Source: Nitrosomonas europaea
GTDB lineage: Bacteria; Pseudomonadota; Gammaproteobacteria; Burkholderiales; Nitrosomonadaceae
Direction: 5' to 3'
NCBI RefSeq assembly: GCF_900167395.1
Contig: NZ_FUWK01000024.1
Coordinates: 13,869 to 45,868, forward strand
DNA length: 32,000 bases
Each line of letters opens with the position of its first letter. Within the stretch, counting starts at the first letter, position 1. Below, piece after piece: positions 9,079-17,350 of the stretch. The position numbers and the translations under genes were made by a program. The notes beneath the pieces were generated by a model. The model was given only the letters and a program-made list of their open reading frames with translations. It was not told where the DNA came from and searched no databases.

Positions 9079-10254
9079 ATGAACAAAACCATTCTCGTCC
9101 TCAATGCCGGCTCATCCAGTCTCAAATTCGCACTCTATCAAACGACACATGAAAGCATATCGATGATCTGCCGGGGAAAAATCGAGATCGGCGGTAATGC
9201 TTCATCCCGGTTTCAAGTCAAGGATTCCCGGGGAGAGCTACTCTGGCAGCAGTCTCTTCACATTACCCATCATGAAAACGCGATAGAGGTACTTTTACAA
9301 TGGCTGGAAACACGAACGGACAAGCGACAGCCAATAGTAGCAGGTCACCGTGTCGTCCATGGCGGCATGCTATTCAACCGACCGGTCCTCATCGATGAAC
9401 AGGTCATCACCCGACTGCTGCAACTGGTTCCACTGGCACCGCTGCATCAGTCCGACAGCCTGGCAGGAATCAGCGCATTACGACGACTCAGACCGGATTT
9501 ACCACAGGTTGCCTGTTTCGATACCAGTTTTCATCGTACCATGCCCGATGAGGAACAGATTTATGCGCTGCCCGGCCATCTGACAGACCAGGGAATCCGG
9601 CGTTACGGTTTTCATGGGTTGTCCTACGAGTATATTGCCCATATCCTGCCCAATCATCTGGGCGATCGGGCAACAGGACGTATCGTAGTAGCACATCTTG
9701 GCAACGGTGCCAGCCTGTGCGCTTTACGGCAGGGCAAAAGTATCGCCACGACCATGGGATTCACACCGCTGGAAGGTTTGCCGATGGGTACACGTTGCGG
9801 CAACCTCGATCCGGCGGTACTGCTTTACCTGATGCGGGAACAACAAATGGACCACGATACTCTGACGAATCTGTTACATCGGCAAGCTGGGTTACTGGGT
9901 GTTTCCGGTATCAGCGCCGATATGCGCACGTTACTGGCCAGCGATGATCCCGGCGCCAAACGGGCCGTTGACCTGTTCGTCTGGCAGGTATGCCGTCAGT
10001 TGGGGGCAATGGTAGCCTTACTGGAAGGGATCGATGGTCTGGTTTTCACTGCAGGTATCGGCGAGCATGCATCGCAGATCCGTACACGGATATGTGCCCG
10101 CCTCAAATGGCTGTCGATCGAGCTCGATGAATCTGCCAATCAGGCCAATGCCATCCGTATCAGCACTGCCGACAGCCATACGCCGGTCCTCGTTCTGCCA
10201 ACCGATGAAGAAACCATCATCGCCCGCCACACATTGCGACTCATCGCGGCATGA
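9079..10254 (+). CDS. ackA: Acetate kinase
   Basis: The N-terminus MNKTILVLNAGSSSLKFALY is the canonical acetate/propionate kinase start. AGGAGA lies 6 nt upstream of ATG 9079. The ORF-track start at 9004 adds 25 residues with no homology support. Confidence 0.9.
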   Translation: MNKTILVLNAGSSSLKFALYQTTHESISMICRGKIEIGGNASSRFQVKDSRGELLWQQSLHITHHENAIEVLLQWLETRTDKRQPIVAGHRVVHGGMLFNRPVLIDEQVITRLLQLVPLAPLHQSDSLAGISALRRLRPDLPQVACFDTSFHRTMPDEEQIYALPGHLTDQGIRRYGFHGLSYEYIAHILPNHLGDRATGRIVVAHLGNGASLCALRQGKSIATTMGFTPLEGLPMGTRCGNLDPAVLLYLMREQQMDHDTLTNLLHRQAGLLGVSGISADMRTLLASDDPGAKRAVDLFVWQVCRQLGAMVALLEGIDGLVFTAGIGEHASQIRTRICARLKWLSIELDESANQANAIRISTADSHTPVLVLPTDEETIIARHTLRLIAA

Positions 10255-10298
10255 ACCGGGACACCTCCCATGACTTGACCTTAATGAGGTAATTCGCC

Positions 10299-12671
10299 AT
10301 GACTCAACTCCCGCAACCCCTCACTCCGGATGAACTGCAGAAAATCGACGCCTACTGGCGCGCTGCCAACTATCTTTCAGTCGGCCAGATCTATCTGCTT
10401 GATAACCCACTGCTGCAGACCCCGCTGACATTGCAGCATATCAAGCCTCGTTTGCTGGGGCACTGGGGAACGACACCCGGGCTCAATTTCATTTATGCCC
10501 ATCTCAATCGCATCATCCGGCGTGATGATCTGAACATGATCTACATCGCCGGTCCCGGCCACGGCGGACCCGCACTGGTCGCCAATACCTACCTGGAAGG
10601 CACTTACTCCGAACATTACCCCGATATCTCGCAGGATATCCAGGGAATGAAACACCTGTTTCGCCAGTTCTCTTTTCCCGGCGGGATCGGCAGTCATGCC
10701 ACACCGGAAATTCCCGGTTCCATCCACGAAGGAGGTGAACTCGGTTATGCACTCTCTCACGCCTTTGGGGCAGTGTTCGACAACCCGGATTTGATCGCAG
10801 CCTGTGTCGTAGGTGACGGAGAAGCCGAAACCGGGCCATTGGCAACTGCCTGGCATTCCAACAAGTTTCTCAACCCGGTTCATGATGGTGCCGTGCTGCC
10901 GATCCTGCATCTGAATGGCTATAAAATTGCCAACCCCACCATTCTGGCGCGTATCAGCCGTGAAGAACTGGATCAGCTGTTCCAGGGCTATGGCTATCAG
11001 CCCTATATCGTCGAAGGAGAAGATCCTCTGACCATGCACCAGCTCATGGCCGGTACACTGGACCAGGTACTCGCTGAAATCAGATCGATCCAGACCAGAG
11101 CTCGCCTTGATGGTGTGACGCAATACCCTCGCTGGCCCATGATCATCCTGCGTACCCCGAAAGGATGGACCGGGCCCGCAACAGTCGATGGACTGAAAAC
11201 GGAAGGCTCCTGGCGTTCCCATCAGGTACCGCTCTCGGAGCTGGCAAAAAAACCGGAACATATCCAGCAACTCGAAGCCTGGCTCAGAAGTTACCGCCCG
11301 GAGGAACTATTCGATACTCAAGGCCGGCTGGTCGAACCCCTGCAGACACTGGCACCACTCGGCAATCGTCGAATGGGTGCCAACCCTCATGCCAATGGTG
11401 GATCACTGATGAAGCAATTGCGTATGCCGGATTTCCGGAAATATGCGGTCGAAATCGTGCAACCTGGCCAGATCGAAGCCGAATCGACCCGGATCATGGG
11501 CAGTTTCCTGCGGGATATCATGTGCCTGAATCTGAAAACCTGTAATTTCCGAGTATTCGGACCGGATGAAACAGCTTCCAACCGGCTGGGAAGCCTGTAT
11601 GACGTCACACCCAAAACCTGGCTTGCCGAAACGCTGCCCGAGGATGAGCACCTGGCACCGGATGGACGGGTAATGGAAATCCTGAGTGAACATACCTGCC
11701 AGGGCTGGCTGGAGGGTTACCTGCTGACCGGGCGACACGGCCTGTTTTCCTGCTATGAAGCCTTCATTCACATCGTCGATTCGATGTTCAACCAGCATGC
11801 CAAATGGCTGAAAGTCAGCAAGGAAATTCCATGGCGCAGACCCATCGCCTCACTCAATTACCTGCTGACTTCCCATGTCTGGCGTCAGGATCATAATGGT
11901 TTCTCTCACCAGGACCCCGGCTTTATCGATCATGTGATCAACAAAAAAGCCGATACCATCCGCATCTATCTGCCACCTGATGCGAATTGCCTGCTGTACA
12001 TTACGGACAAATGTCTGCGCAGCCGCAATTTCGTCAACGTCATCGTCGCCGGCAAACAGCCACAACTGCAATGGCTGGATATGGATGCTGCGATCAAACA
12101 CTGCACGGCCGGCATTGGTATCTGGGGATGGGCCAGCAATGATCAGGCTGGCGAACCGGATGTCGTCATTGCCTGCGCCGGAGATGTTCCCACCATCGAA
12201 GTCCTGGCCGCTGTCAGCATCCTGCGGGAACATCTGCCCGACCTGCGTATCCGTGTGATCAATGTCGTCGATCTGATGACGCTGCAGCATGACCGGGAAC
12301 ATCCACAAGGACTTTCCGACAGGGAATTCGATACCCTGTTCACTACAGACAAACCTATCATCTTTGCCTACCATGGCTATCCCTGGCTGATTCACCGCCT
12401 GACCTACCGCCGTACCAACCACGCCAATCTGCATGTGCGCGGCTATAAAGAAGAAGGAACCACTACTACACCGTTCGATATGACGGTACTCAACGACATG
12501 GATCGTTTCCATCTGGTCGATGATGTCATCGACCGTGTTCCCCATCTGGGATACAAAGCGGCCTATCTCAGACAAATCATGCGTGACAAACTGGTCGAGC
12601 ACCGCGAATACATCAATCGTCACGGTGAAGATATGCCGGAAATCAGGGATTGGAAATGGACTGCACCCTGA
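10299..12671 (+). CDS. xfp: Xylulose-5-phosphate/fructose-6-phosphate phosphoketolase (ThDP-dependent)
   Basis: 790 aa. It carries the characteristic N-terminus ([24 protein letters not shown]), EGGELGY and GDGEAETGP motifs, and a family-typical length. It starts 44 nt downstream of ackA. Confidence 0.95.
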   Translation: MTQLPQPLTPDELQKIDAYWRAANYLSVGQIYLLDNPLLQTPLTLQHIKPRLLGHWGTTPGLNFIYAHLNRIIRRDDLNMIYIAGPGHGGPALVANTYLEGTYSEHYPDISQDIQGMKHLFRQFSFPGGIGSHATPEIPGSIHEGGELGYALSHAFGAVFDNPDLIAACVVGDGEAETGPLATAWHSNKFLNPVHDGAVLPILHLNGYKIANPTILARISREELDQLFQGYGYQPYIVEGEDPLTMHQLMAGTLDQVLAEIRSIQTRARLDGVTQYPRWPMIILRTPKGWTGPATVDGLKTEGSWRSHQVPLSELAKKPEHIQQLEAWLRSYRPEELFDTQGRLVEPLQTLAPLGNRRMGANPHANGGSLMKQLRMPDFRKYAVEIVQPGQIEAESTRIMGSFLRDIMCLNLKTCNFRVFGPDETASNRLGSLYDVTPKTWLAETLPEDEHLAPDGRVMEILSEHTCQGWLEGYLLTGRHGLFSCYEAFIHIVDSMFNQHAKWLKVSKEIPWRRPIASLNYLLTSHVWRQDHNGFSHQDPGFIDHVINKKADTIRIYLPPDANCLLYITDKCLRSRNFVNVIVAGKQPQLQWLDMDAAIKHCTAGIGIWGWASNDQAGEPDVVIACAGDVPTIEVLAAVSILREHLPDLRIRVINVVDLMTLQHDREHPQGLSDREFDTLFTTDKPIIFAYHGYPWLIHRLTYRRTNHANLHVRGYKEEGTTTTPFDMTVLNDMDRFHLVDDVIDRVPHLGYKAAYLRQIMRDKLVEHREYINRHGEDMPEIRDWKWTAP

Positions 12672-12762
12672 TGGTGATAACGAATGGCCACCCGGTATTT
12701 CTGCCGGTTCCCGACCATAATAGCGGACACCGTCAGCACATCTGATATCTTAAACAGGCTCT

Positions 12763-12971
12763 GAGGAGCCTCTGAAAAACGTCAGCAAGACAGAGTCAGT
12801 TCAAGGCAAAATCGGCGACGCAAGCAACGCGTAGCGGACAGCCATGAGGCTGGCCCGTAGGGCGAGGCGCCAATGCCGAGTAAAAAGCAGAGTTATACAT
12901 GGCAAACGAACCTTTTGAGCCGACTTTTAACGCAGAAATGGCAACGCAGGTAGTTTTTTCAGAGGTTCCTC
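12763..12971. repeat. MITE-like element of about 209 bp, bounded by near-perfect terminal inverted repeats
   Basis: The left arm is gaggagcctctgaaaaac (12763-12780). The right arm is gttttttcagaggttcctc (12953-12971). Against the reverse complement of the left arm, the right arm differs by one T-run indel and one mismatch. Sub-terminal segments agtcagttcaagg (about 12795-12807) and ccttttgagccgact (about 12911-12925) are also largely complementary. There is no credible ORF inside. The right arm overlaps the tal stop codon. Confidence 0.4.
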
Positions 12972-14064
12972 AATCCGTTTTTCCCCTCTTCAGGGCAGTG
13001 CATTTCGAATCAATCACCGCCATCAATTCCTGCCAGGAAGTCACGAATCCTTTTGCTCCCTCCTGCTGGAGTCGAATTGCCAGCGCATCGATATCAACCC
13101 CCGCTCTGGCAAACTGTTCCAGAACCTGTTCGCAATCTCCGCCATCATCAGGCATATAGTCGAGGCTTTGATCATCATAGTCCGCAAGTGCCTTCAAGGT
13201 AGCTTCAGGCATCGTATTGACCGTAAAGGGAGCGACGAGTGACATCACATACAGAACTGGCGAAGCAGCAGGATCTTTGGTCCCCGTGCTTGCCCATAAC
13301 AGGCGCTGCGGCCGTGCACCGGCATTGTAGGCACGCAACCAGCGCGGTGAGTCAAAAAGATCACGAGCAGCTTTATAAGTACGTCCGGCAATCGCAATAC
13401 CCAGCCTGTTGCGCAACGTCTCCGGAACCTTGCCGGCAACTGCAACATCCCATCGGCTGACGAACAAAGAAGCAACGGACATCACATCAGGGTTGAGACC
13501 GGCATCGATGCGCCGTTCGATACCGCGCAAAAACGCCTCGGCTGCATCCACATACTGTTCACGACTGAACAGCAACGTCACATTGATCGGTATACCTGCA
13601 AAGATAGCTTCTTCAATGGCAGGCAGACCTTCCCGGGTTCCCGGAATCTTGATCAGCAGATTCGGCCGGGCCGCCCGGTTGCAGATTTCCTTTGCAGCCA
13701 CTATGGTACTGGCGGTATCGTAGGCCAACAGGGGAGATACCTCCAGCGACACCCATCCGTCAACACCATGGGTACGATCGTAAACCGGCTTCAACAGATC
13801 GGCAACCCGGGTCAGATCTTCCAGCGCCAGATCAAGAAAAATCGCTTCACTCGATTTACTCTGTTCCAAACCTGAACGAATTCCCGCTTCGTAAGCACTG
13901 CTGTTTCTGATTGCCTGGTTGAATATGGTCGGGTTCGAAGTCAATCCCGTTACCGAAAGCTCGTCGACGTAACGCTTGAGTGTGCCGTTAGTCAATAAAT
14001 CACGTGTAATGTTATCGAGCCAGAGACTCTGGCCGAGATTATGCAAAAGTTGTGTCGCTTTCAT
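12970..14064 (-). CDS. tal: Transaldolase (long, about 365 aa type)
   Basis: Typical transaldolase sequence: MKATQLLHNLGQSLWLDNITRDLL...LTSNPTIF...KIPGT. I chose ATG at 14064 because AGGAG lies 7 nt upstream. The ORF-track start at 14130 adds 22 unsupported residues. Confidence 0.9.
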   Translation of the reverse strand: MKATQLLHNLGQSLWLDNITRDLLTNGTLKRYVDELSVTGLTSNPTIFNQAIRNSSAYEAGIRSGLEQSKSSEAIFLDLALEDLTRVADLLKPVYDRTHGVDGWVSLEVSPLLAYDTASTIVAAKEICNRAARPNLLIKIPGTREGLPAIEEAIFAGIPINVTLLFSREQYVDAAEAFLRGIERRIDAGLNPDVMSVASLFVSRWDVAVAGKVPETLRNRLGIAIAGRTYKAARDLFDSPRWLRAYNAGARPQRLLWASTGTKDPAASPVLYVMSLVAPFTVNTMPEATLKALADYDDQSLDYMPDDGGDCEQVLEQFARAGVDIDALAIRLQQEGAKGFVTSWQELMAVIDSKCTALKRGKTD

Positions 14065-14216
14065 GATTCTGCTCCTTGGAAAATCGCCGGACCGATAGCT
14101 GCATGCCGACAATACCCAGTATACGTGCATCAGATAAAATCGCTATGGCTGGCAGCCCTTGAATGATGTTATCGCATCGGCAATCCGGCAGCAGCTCGTG
14201 TTCCACCGCCCCCTCT

Positions 14217-14265
14217 CTGCGACAATTTGTCACATTCTCATTTCCTTTCGTTGTCCGGATAATTT
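14217..14265 (+). promoter_or_regulatory. Copy A of a duplicated 49-nt promoter/operator-like element (upstream of the peroxidase-family gene)
   Basis: 44 of 49 nt are identical to 15700-15748. It contains the 17-nt near-palindrome TGCGACAATTTGTCACA (14218-14234). This is followed by TTCTCA (14235-40), a 17-nt spacer and GATAAT (14258-63). The element ends 39 nt before ATG 14305. Confidence 0.4.
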
Positions 14266-14304
14266 CACGCGCTGTCATTATTCCAACGAGGGATTATCGA
14301 GTTT

Positions 14305-15585
14305 ATGTACAAAATACTGGTTGTCTTTTTATTGTTTTATACCGGTTTGAGCGTTGCAGGTGACAAAAAAGCGATGCGGTCTGAAGAAATAATGCTGGGA
14401 GAACTTATTTTCAAGGATAAAAATTTATCCTTGAACAGGAATCAGTCTTGCGAAACCTGCCACAGCCTGAGCCCGGTCGCAAAGCCGGGTCTGCCGGCGG
14501 TGCCAGGCTTCGTCGATCCTGACAATGTCACCGCAGGCTCTCCCGTATCGAAAGGCTCCGACATCGATCCCGAAACCAACTTGCCTTTCAACGGCACACT
14601 GAATACACCCAGTGTCGGCTATGCGGCCTTCAGCCCGAAGTTCAAATGGGATAAAAGCCTGAACGCCTATAGCGGAGGATTCTTCTGGAACGGCCGCGCC
14701 AGAAATCTCGCAGAGCAGGCCAAACAGCCCTTCCTGAATCCGGTTGAAATGGCCATGCCCAACGCTGCTGACGTTGTTAACCGCCTAAGTGAAAATGCGA
14801 CTTACCGCAAGTTGTTCAAAAAGATTTACGGTATTTCACTACCACTCAAAAAACAGTCGGACAGGATGGTAGAGAAAGTTTTTCAGAGCATGACTCAGGC
14901 TGTTGCCGCCTTCGAACGAGACAGATCATTCAGTAAATTCAACTCCAAGTTTGACTATGTTCTCGCCGGAACAACGTCATTTACGCCTGTCGAACAACTG
15001 GGATTCGATCTTTTCAAAGATCCGCAGAAAGGCAATTGCGCAGTTTGTCATCCCGTGGAAAGTACATTCGATAAAAAAGGGAACATCACTGTTCCGCCCT
15101 TGTTCACCAACTTTGGCTATGAAAACATCGGTGCACCCCGCAACATGAAAATCCCCGGATCGCCCGAACCTGATCTGGGCCTTGGCGGACGGGCAGATAT
15201 TCAGAAACGCGACAAATCAGGTTTACAAATCGGCAAACACAAAGTCATGTCCTTGCGCAACGTGGCGGTTACCGCCCCTTATGGCCATAATGGTGTTTTT
15301 GCATCTCTGGCAATGATCGTGCATTTTTACAATACACGCGATGCATTGCCGCACGATTGCGATAACACTTCACCCCGTTTTCCATCTCAGTGCTGGCCGT
15401 TGCCCGAAGTCGGGCGAAACGTCAGTAACGAGTTTGGCAATCTGAATCTGACAGCCGAAGAAAGAACAGCACTCATCGCATTCATGAATACCCTGACGGA
15501 TGACTATCCCGCCTGGGGCAATGATCCGCTGGTCCCGCCCGGGACACTTTCTCCCTATCCGCATCTCGGGATACCGTCCAGATAA
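14305..15585 (+). CDS. Di-haem cytochrome c peroxidase / MauG family protein, periplasmic
   Basis: Signal peptide present. Two CxxCH haem motifs (SCETCHS, NCAVCHP). Family motifs FFWNGRARNLAEQAKQPFLNPVEM and SLRNVAVTAPYGHNGVFASL. At 426 aa it is longer than classical CCPs, with an insertion after haem 1. Confidence 0.85.
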   Translation: MYKILVVFLLFYTGLSVAGDKKAMRSEEIMLGELIFKDKNLSLNRNQSCETCHSLSPVAKPGLPAVPGFVDPDNVTAGSPVSKGSDIDPETNLPFNGTLNTPSVGYAAFSPKFKWDKSLNAYSGGFFWNGRARNLAEQAKQPFLNPVEMAMPNAADVVNRLSENATYRKLFKKIYGISLPLKKQSDRMVEKVFQSMTQAVAAFERDRSFSKFNSKFDYVLAGTTSFTPVEQLGFDLFKDPQKGNCAVCHPVESTFDKKGNITVPPLFTNFGYENIGAPRNMKIPGSPEPDLGLGGRADIQKRDKSGLQIGKHKVMSLRNVAVTAPYGHNGVFASLAMIVHFYNTRDALPHDCDNTSPRFPSQCWPLPEVGRNVSNEFGNLNLTAEERTALIAFMNTLTDDYPAWGNDPLVPPGTLSPYPHLGIPSR

Positions 15586-15699
15586 GCCGTCATCCTTCCA
15601 GCGATCAGTACGCAAGGTGCCCGGGATACCACTCGATTGTGTGCAGAATGAGCACTACATCGATGATCCGATTACCGACACTTACCCGGGCATTCTTCC

Positions 15700-15748
15700 C
15701 TGCGACAATTTGTCGCATTCTCATTTCCTGCTTTTGTCCGGATAATTT
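15700..15748 (+). promoter_or_regulatory. Copy B of the duplicated 49-nt promoter/operator-like element (upstream of fecI-like gene)
   Basis: Perfect 8-1-8 palindrome TGCGACAA-T-TTGTCGCA (15701-15717). TTCTCA (15718-23), 17-nt spacer, GATAAT (15741-46). A second perfect inverted repeat, TGTCCGGA-N8-TCCGGACA (15735-15758), brackets the -10 in this copy only. The element ends 45 nt before ATG 15794. Confidence 0.4.
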
Positions 15749-15793
15749 GATCCGGACAAACAATAGTTACACACTTCTTTTCGCGACTGCATC

Positions 15794-16303
15794 ATGTCTT
15801 CATCGGATTCCCCTGTATTTACAACATTTTATAAACAATACCAGTCACAATTGATCAGTCGCATCACTCGCCTGGTCGGTTGCCGTGAAACCGCAGCTGA
15901 TCTTGCCCAGGAAGCCTATATCCGGTTACTGGGCCACCGCGATTTATCGAATATATTGAGCCTGTCCGCTTATCTGTTCCGGATCGGCCATAATCTGGCC
16001 ATGGATCACCAGCGTGATCCTGCAAATAAAATAGAATATCTGCTGCTCGATGAGACACTGCCCTGCCCGCTGCTCCAGCCGCATGAAATCGTGAGCCTCC
16101 GGCAGCAGTGCAGACTATTGCTGGACACGATTGCCTCCATGCCGCAAGGTTGCCGCGATGTTTTTCTGCTGCGTAAAATCGATGGGCTCAGTTACAGTGA
16201 AATCTCCATCCGCCTCAATATTTCCGAAAAAACCGTGCAACGACGTCTGGTACAGGCCATGCTGCGTTGCCACCGCAGCATGAACCAGATAGTCATCCGG
16301 TGA
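15794..16303 (+). CDS. fecI: ECF sigma factor, FecI-like
   Basis: 169 aa with sigma-70 region 2 (AQEAYIRLL...FRIGHNLAMDHQR) and region 4 HTH (LSYSEISIRLNISEKTVQRRL). It is followed by a FecR-like gene and a TonB-dependent transducer. Confidence 0.85.
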   Translation: MSSSDSPVFTTFYKQYQSQLISRITRLVGCRETAADLAQEAYIRLLGHRDLSNILSLSAYLFRIGHNLAMDHQRDPANKIEYLLLDETLPCPLLQPHEIVSLRQQCRLLLDTIASMPQGCRDVFLLRKIDGLSYSEISIRLNISEKTVQRRLVQAMLRCHRSMNQIVIR

Positions 16304-16309
16304 TACTGT

Positions 16310-17272
16310 ATGCCCGCTTCCGGCCCTCCTGACGAACAGCTGCTCAAACAGGCACTGAAGTGGTTCTTTCTATTACAGTCTGAACACTGTACGGATAAGG
16401 ACAGGCGAAAATTCAACCGCTGGTTCTGTAAAAATGAAGCTCATCAGACAGCCTATGCGCATGCTGAACGCTTATGGTCTGAAACAGACAGGCTGAAAGA
16501 AACACCCGATATCCCCGGTTTACGTGAAGCCAGACAGCGCCGCCCAAAACACCAGCCGGCCGGCATACTCGGCTGGGCACTGTTCTTCCTGATTTCATCT
16601 GCTTTGATGAGTATCGGCTGGCTGGAATACAGCGCTGAAACCGTCACTTATTCCACCCGATTAGGAGAGCAGCGCCTCATCTCCCTGGCGGATGGCAGCC
16701 GTATCAACATGAATACGGCCACTCGTCTGCACGTCCGCATTTCTTACCTGCAGCGCAAAATCACGCTGGATACGGGAGAAGCCGTTTTCGACGTTGCACA
16801 CGAGACCTGGCGTCCTTTTGTCGTGCATACGGACAAATTGCAGATCCGTGATATCGGCACCCGGTTCAACATACACAAACAGCAGGACGATATCTCGATC
16901 ACGGTACTGGAAGGTGCGGTGGAAATCGATGGTGTACGTCTGGATGAAGGGTATCAGCAACATTATTCCTCTCGCAGTGATCATGCGATTCTCCGCCCGG
17001 TCGATACCGAACAGATCGCAGCCTGGCAGCACGGGCGGCTGATATTCCGCCAGACTCCTCTGGCAGCAGTCACAGCCGAGCTGGAACGCTATCACCCGGT
17101 ACACTTCATTTTTACTGACCCCGCCATTGCACACGAGACGCTGAGCGGAACATTCGGCACCCGTGATCTGCCACTTTTCCTCAGCAGCCTGGAAAAGGCT
17201 TTACCAGTCAGGGTAAAAAAACTGCCGGACGGGCAAACCCTGCTGATCGACCGGATAAATAAAAAAATGTGA
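16310..17272 (+). CDS. fecR: FecR-like transmembrane anti-sigma / sensor protein
   Basis: 320 aa with an N-terminal anti-sigma segment (ALKWFFLLQSE), a single TM (GWALFFLISSALMSIGWL) and a periplasmic FecR domain (DGSRINMNTATRL...GEAVFDVAH...PFVVHT). It starts 7 nt after the fecI stop. Confidence 0.85.
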   Translation: MPASGPPDEQLLKQALKWFFLLQSEHCTDKDRRKFNRWFCKNEAHQTAYAHAERLWSETDRLKETPDIPGLREARQRRPKHQPAGILGWALFFLISSALMSIGWLEYSAETVTYSTRLGEQRLISLADGSRINMNTATRLHVRISYLQRKITLDTGEAVFDVAHETWRPFVVHTDKLQIRDIGTRFNIHKQQDDISITVLEGAVEIDGVRLDEGYQQHYSSRSDHAILRPVDTEQIAAWQHGRLIFRQTPLAAVTAELERYHPVHFIFTDPAIAHETLSGTFGTRDLPLFLSSLEKALPVRVKKLPDGQTLLIDRINKKM

Positions 17273-17350
17273 CCAGTTCATCGTGTTTTTCACGTCTTAC
17301 CAGACAGGACATCAGAAACCTTTATACCTTCCTGACTGGAGAAAAACACC

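Noticed and set aside
10377-12623. Long antisense ORFs inside xfp (10377..11270 and 11850..12623, minus strand). Similar shadow ORFs exist elsewhere: 423..1118, 4463..5200, 16661..17134, 17720..18265, 19690..20094 and 23158..23745.
   Set aside because: Each lies entirely within a gene with strong homology on the opposite strand or in another frame. Their translations are low-complexity and rich in Arg, Gly, Cys and His, with no recognisable motifs. These are typical shadow ORFs.
12763-12971. The inverted-repeat element read as a 6S RNA, riboswitch or retron ncRNA.
   Set aside because: The length and closing stem superficially fit 6S RNA. However, I could not fold a continuous long helix with a central bubble. 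No reverse transcriptase gene is nearby. The position between two convergent stop codons does not fit a 5' riboswitch.
14217-14265. The duplicated 49-nt element read as a Fur box.
   Set aside because: The best alignment of GACAATTTGTCGCATTCTC to the 19-bp Fur consensus GATAATGATAATCATTATC gives only about 11/19. The GATAAT hexamer is better explained as a -10. Iron regulation remains possible, but a Fur site is not supported by the sequence.
14305-15585. The peroxidase-family gene plus the sigma/anti-sigma/TonB transporter read as a methanobactin (MbnH / MbnIRT) locus.
   Set aside because: There is no MbnP partner, no small precursor peptide gene and no MbnB/MbnC-like genes anywhere in the window. 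The upstream neighbour is transaldolase.
17251-17350. An ECF (FecI/PvdS-type) target promoter upstream of the TonB-dependent transducer, with TAAAT at 17256 and CGT at 17282 or 17293.
   Set aside because: The spacing is 21 nt or more, against the roughly 16 nt expected, and there is no GGAAT-like -35 at the right distance. I cannot call it from sequence alone.
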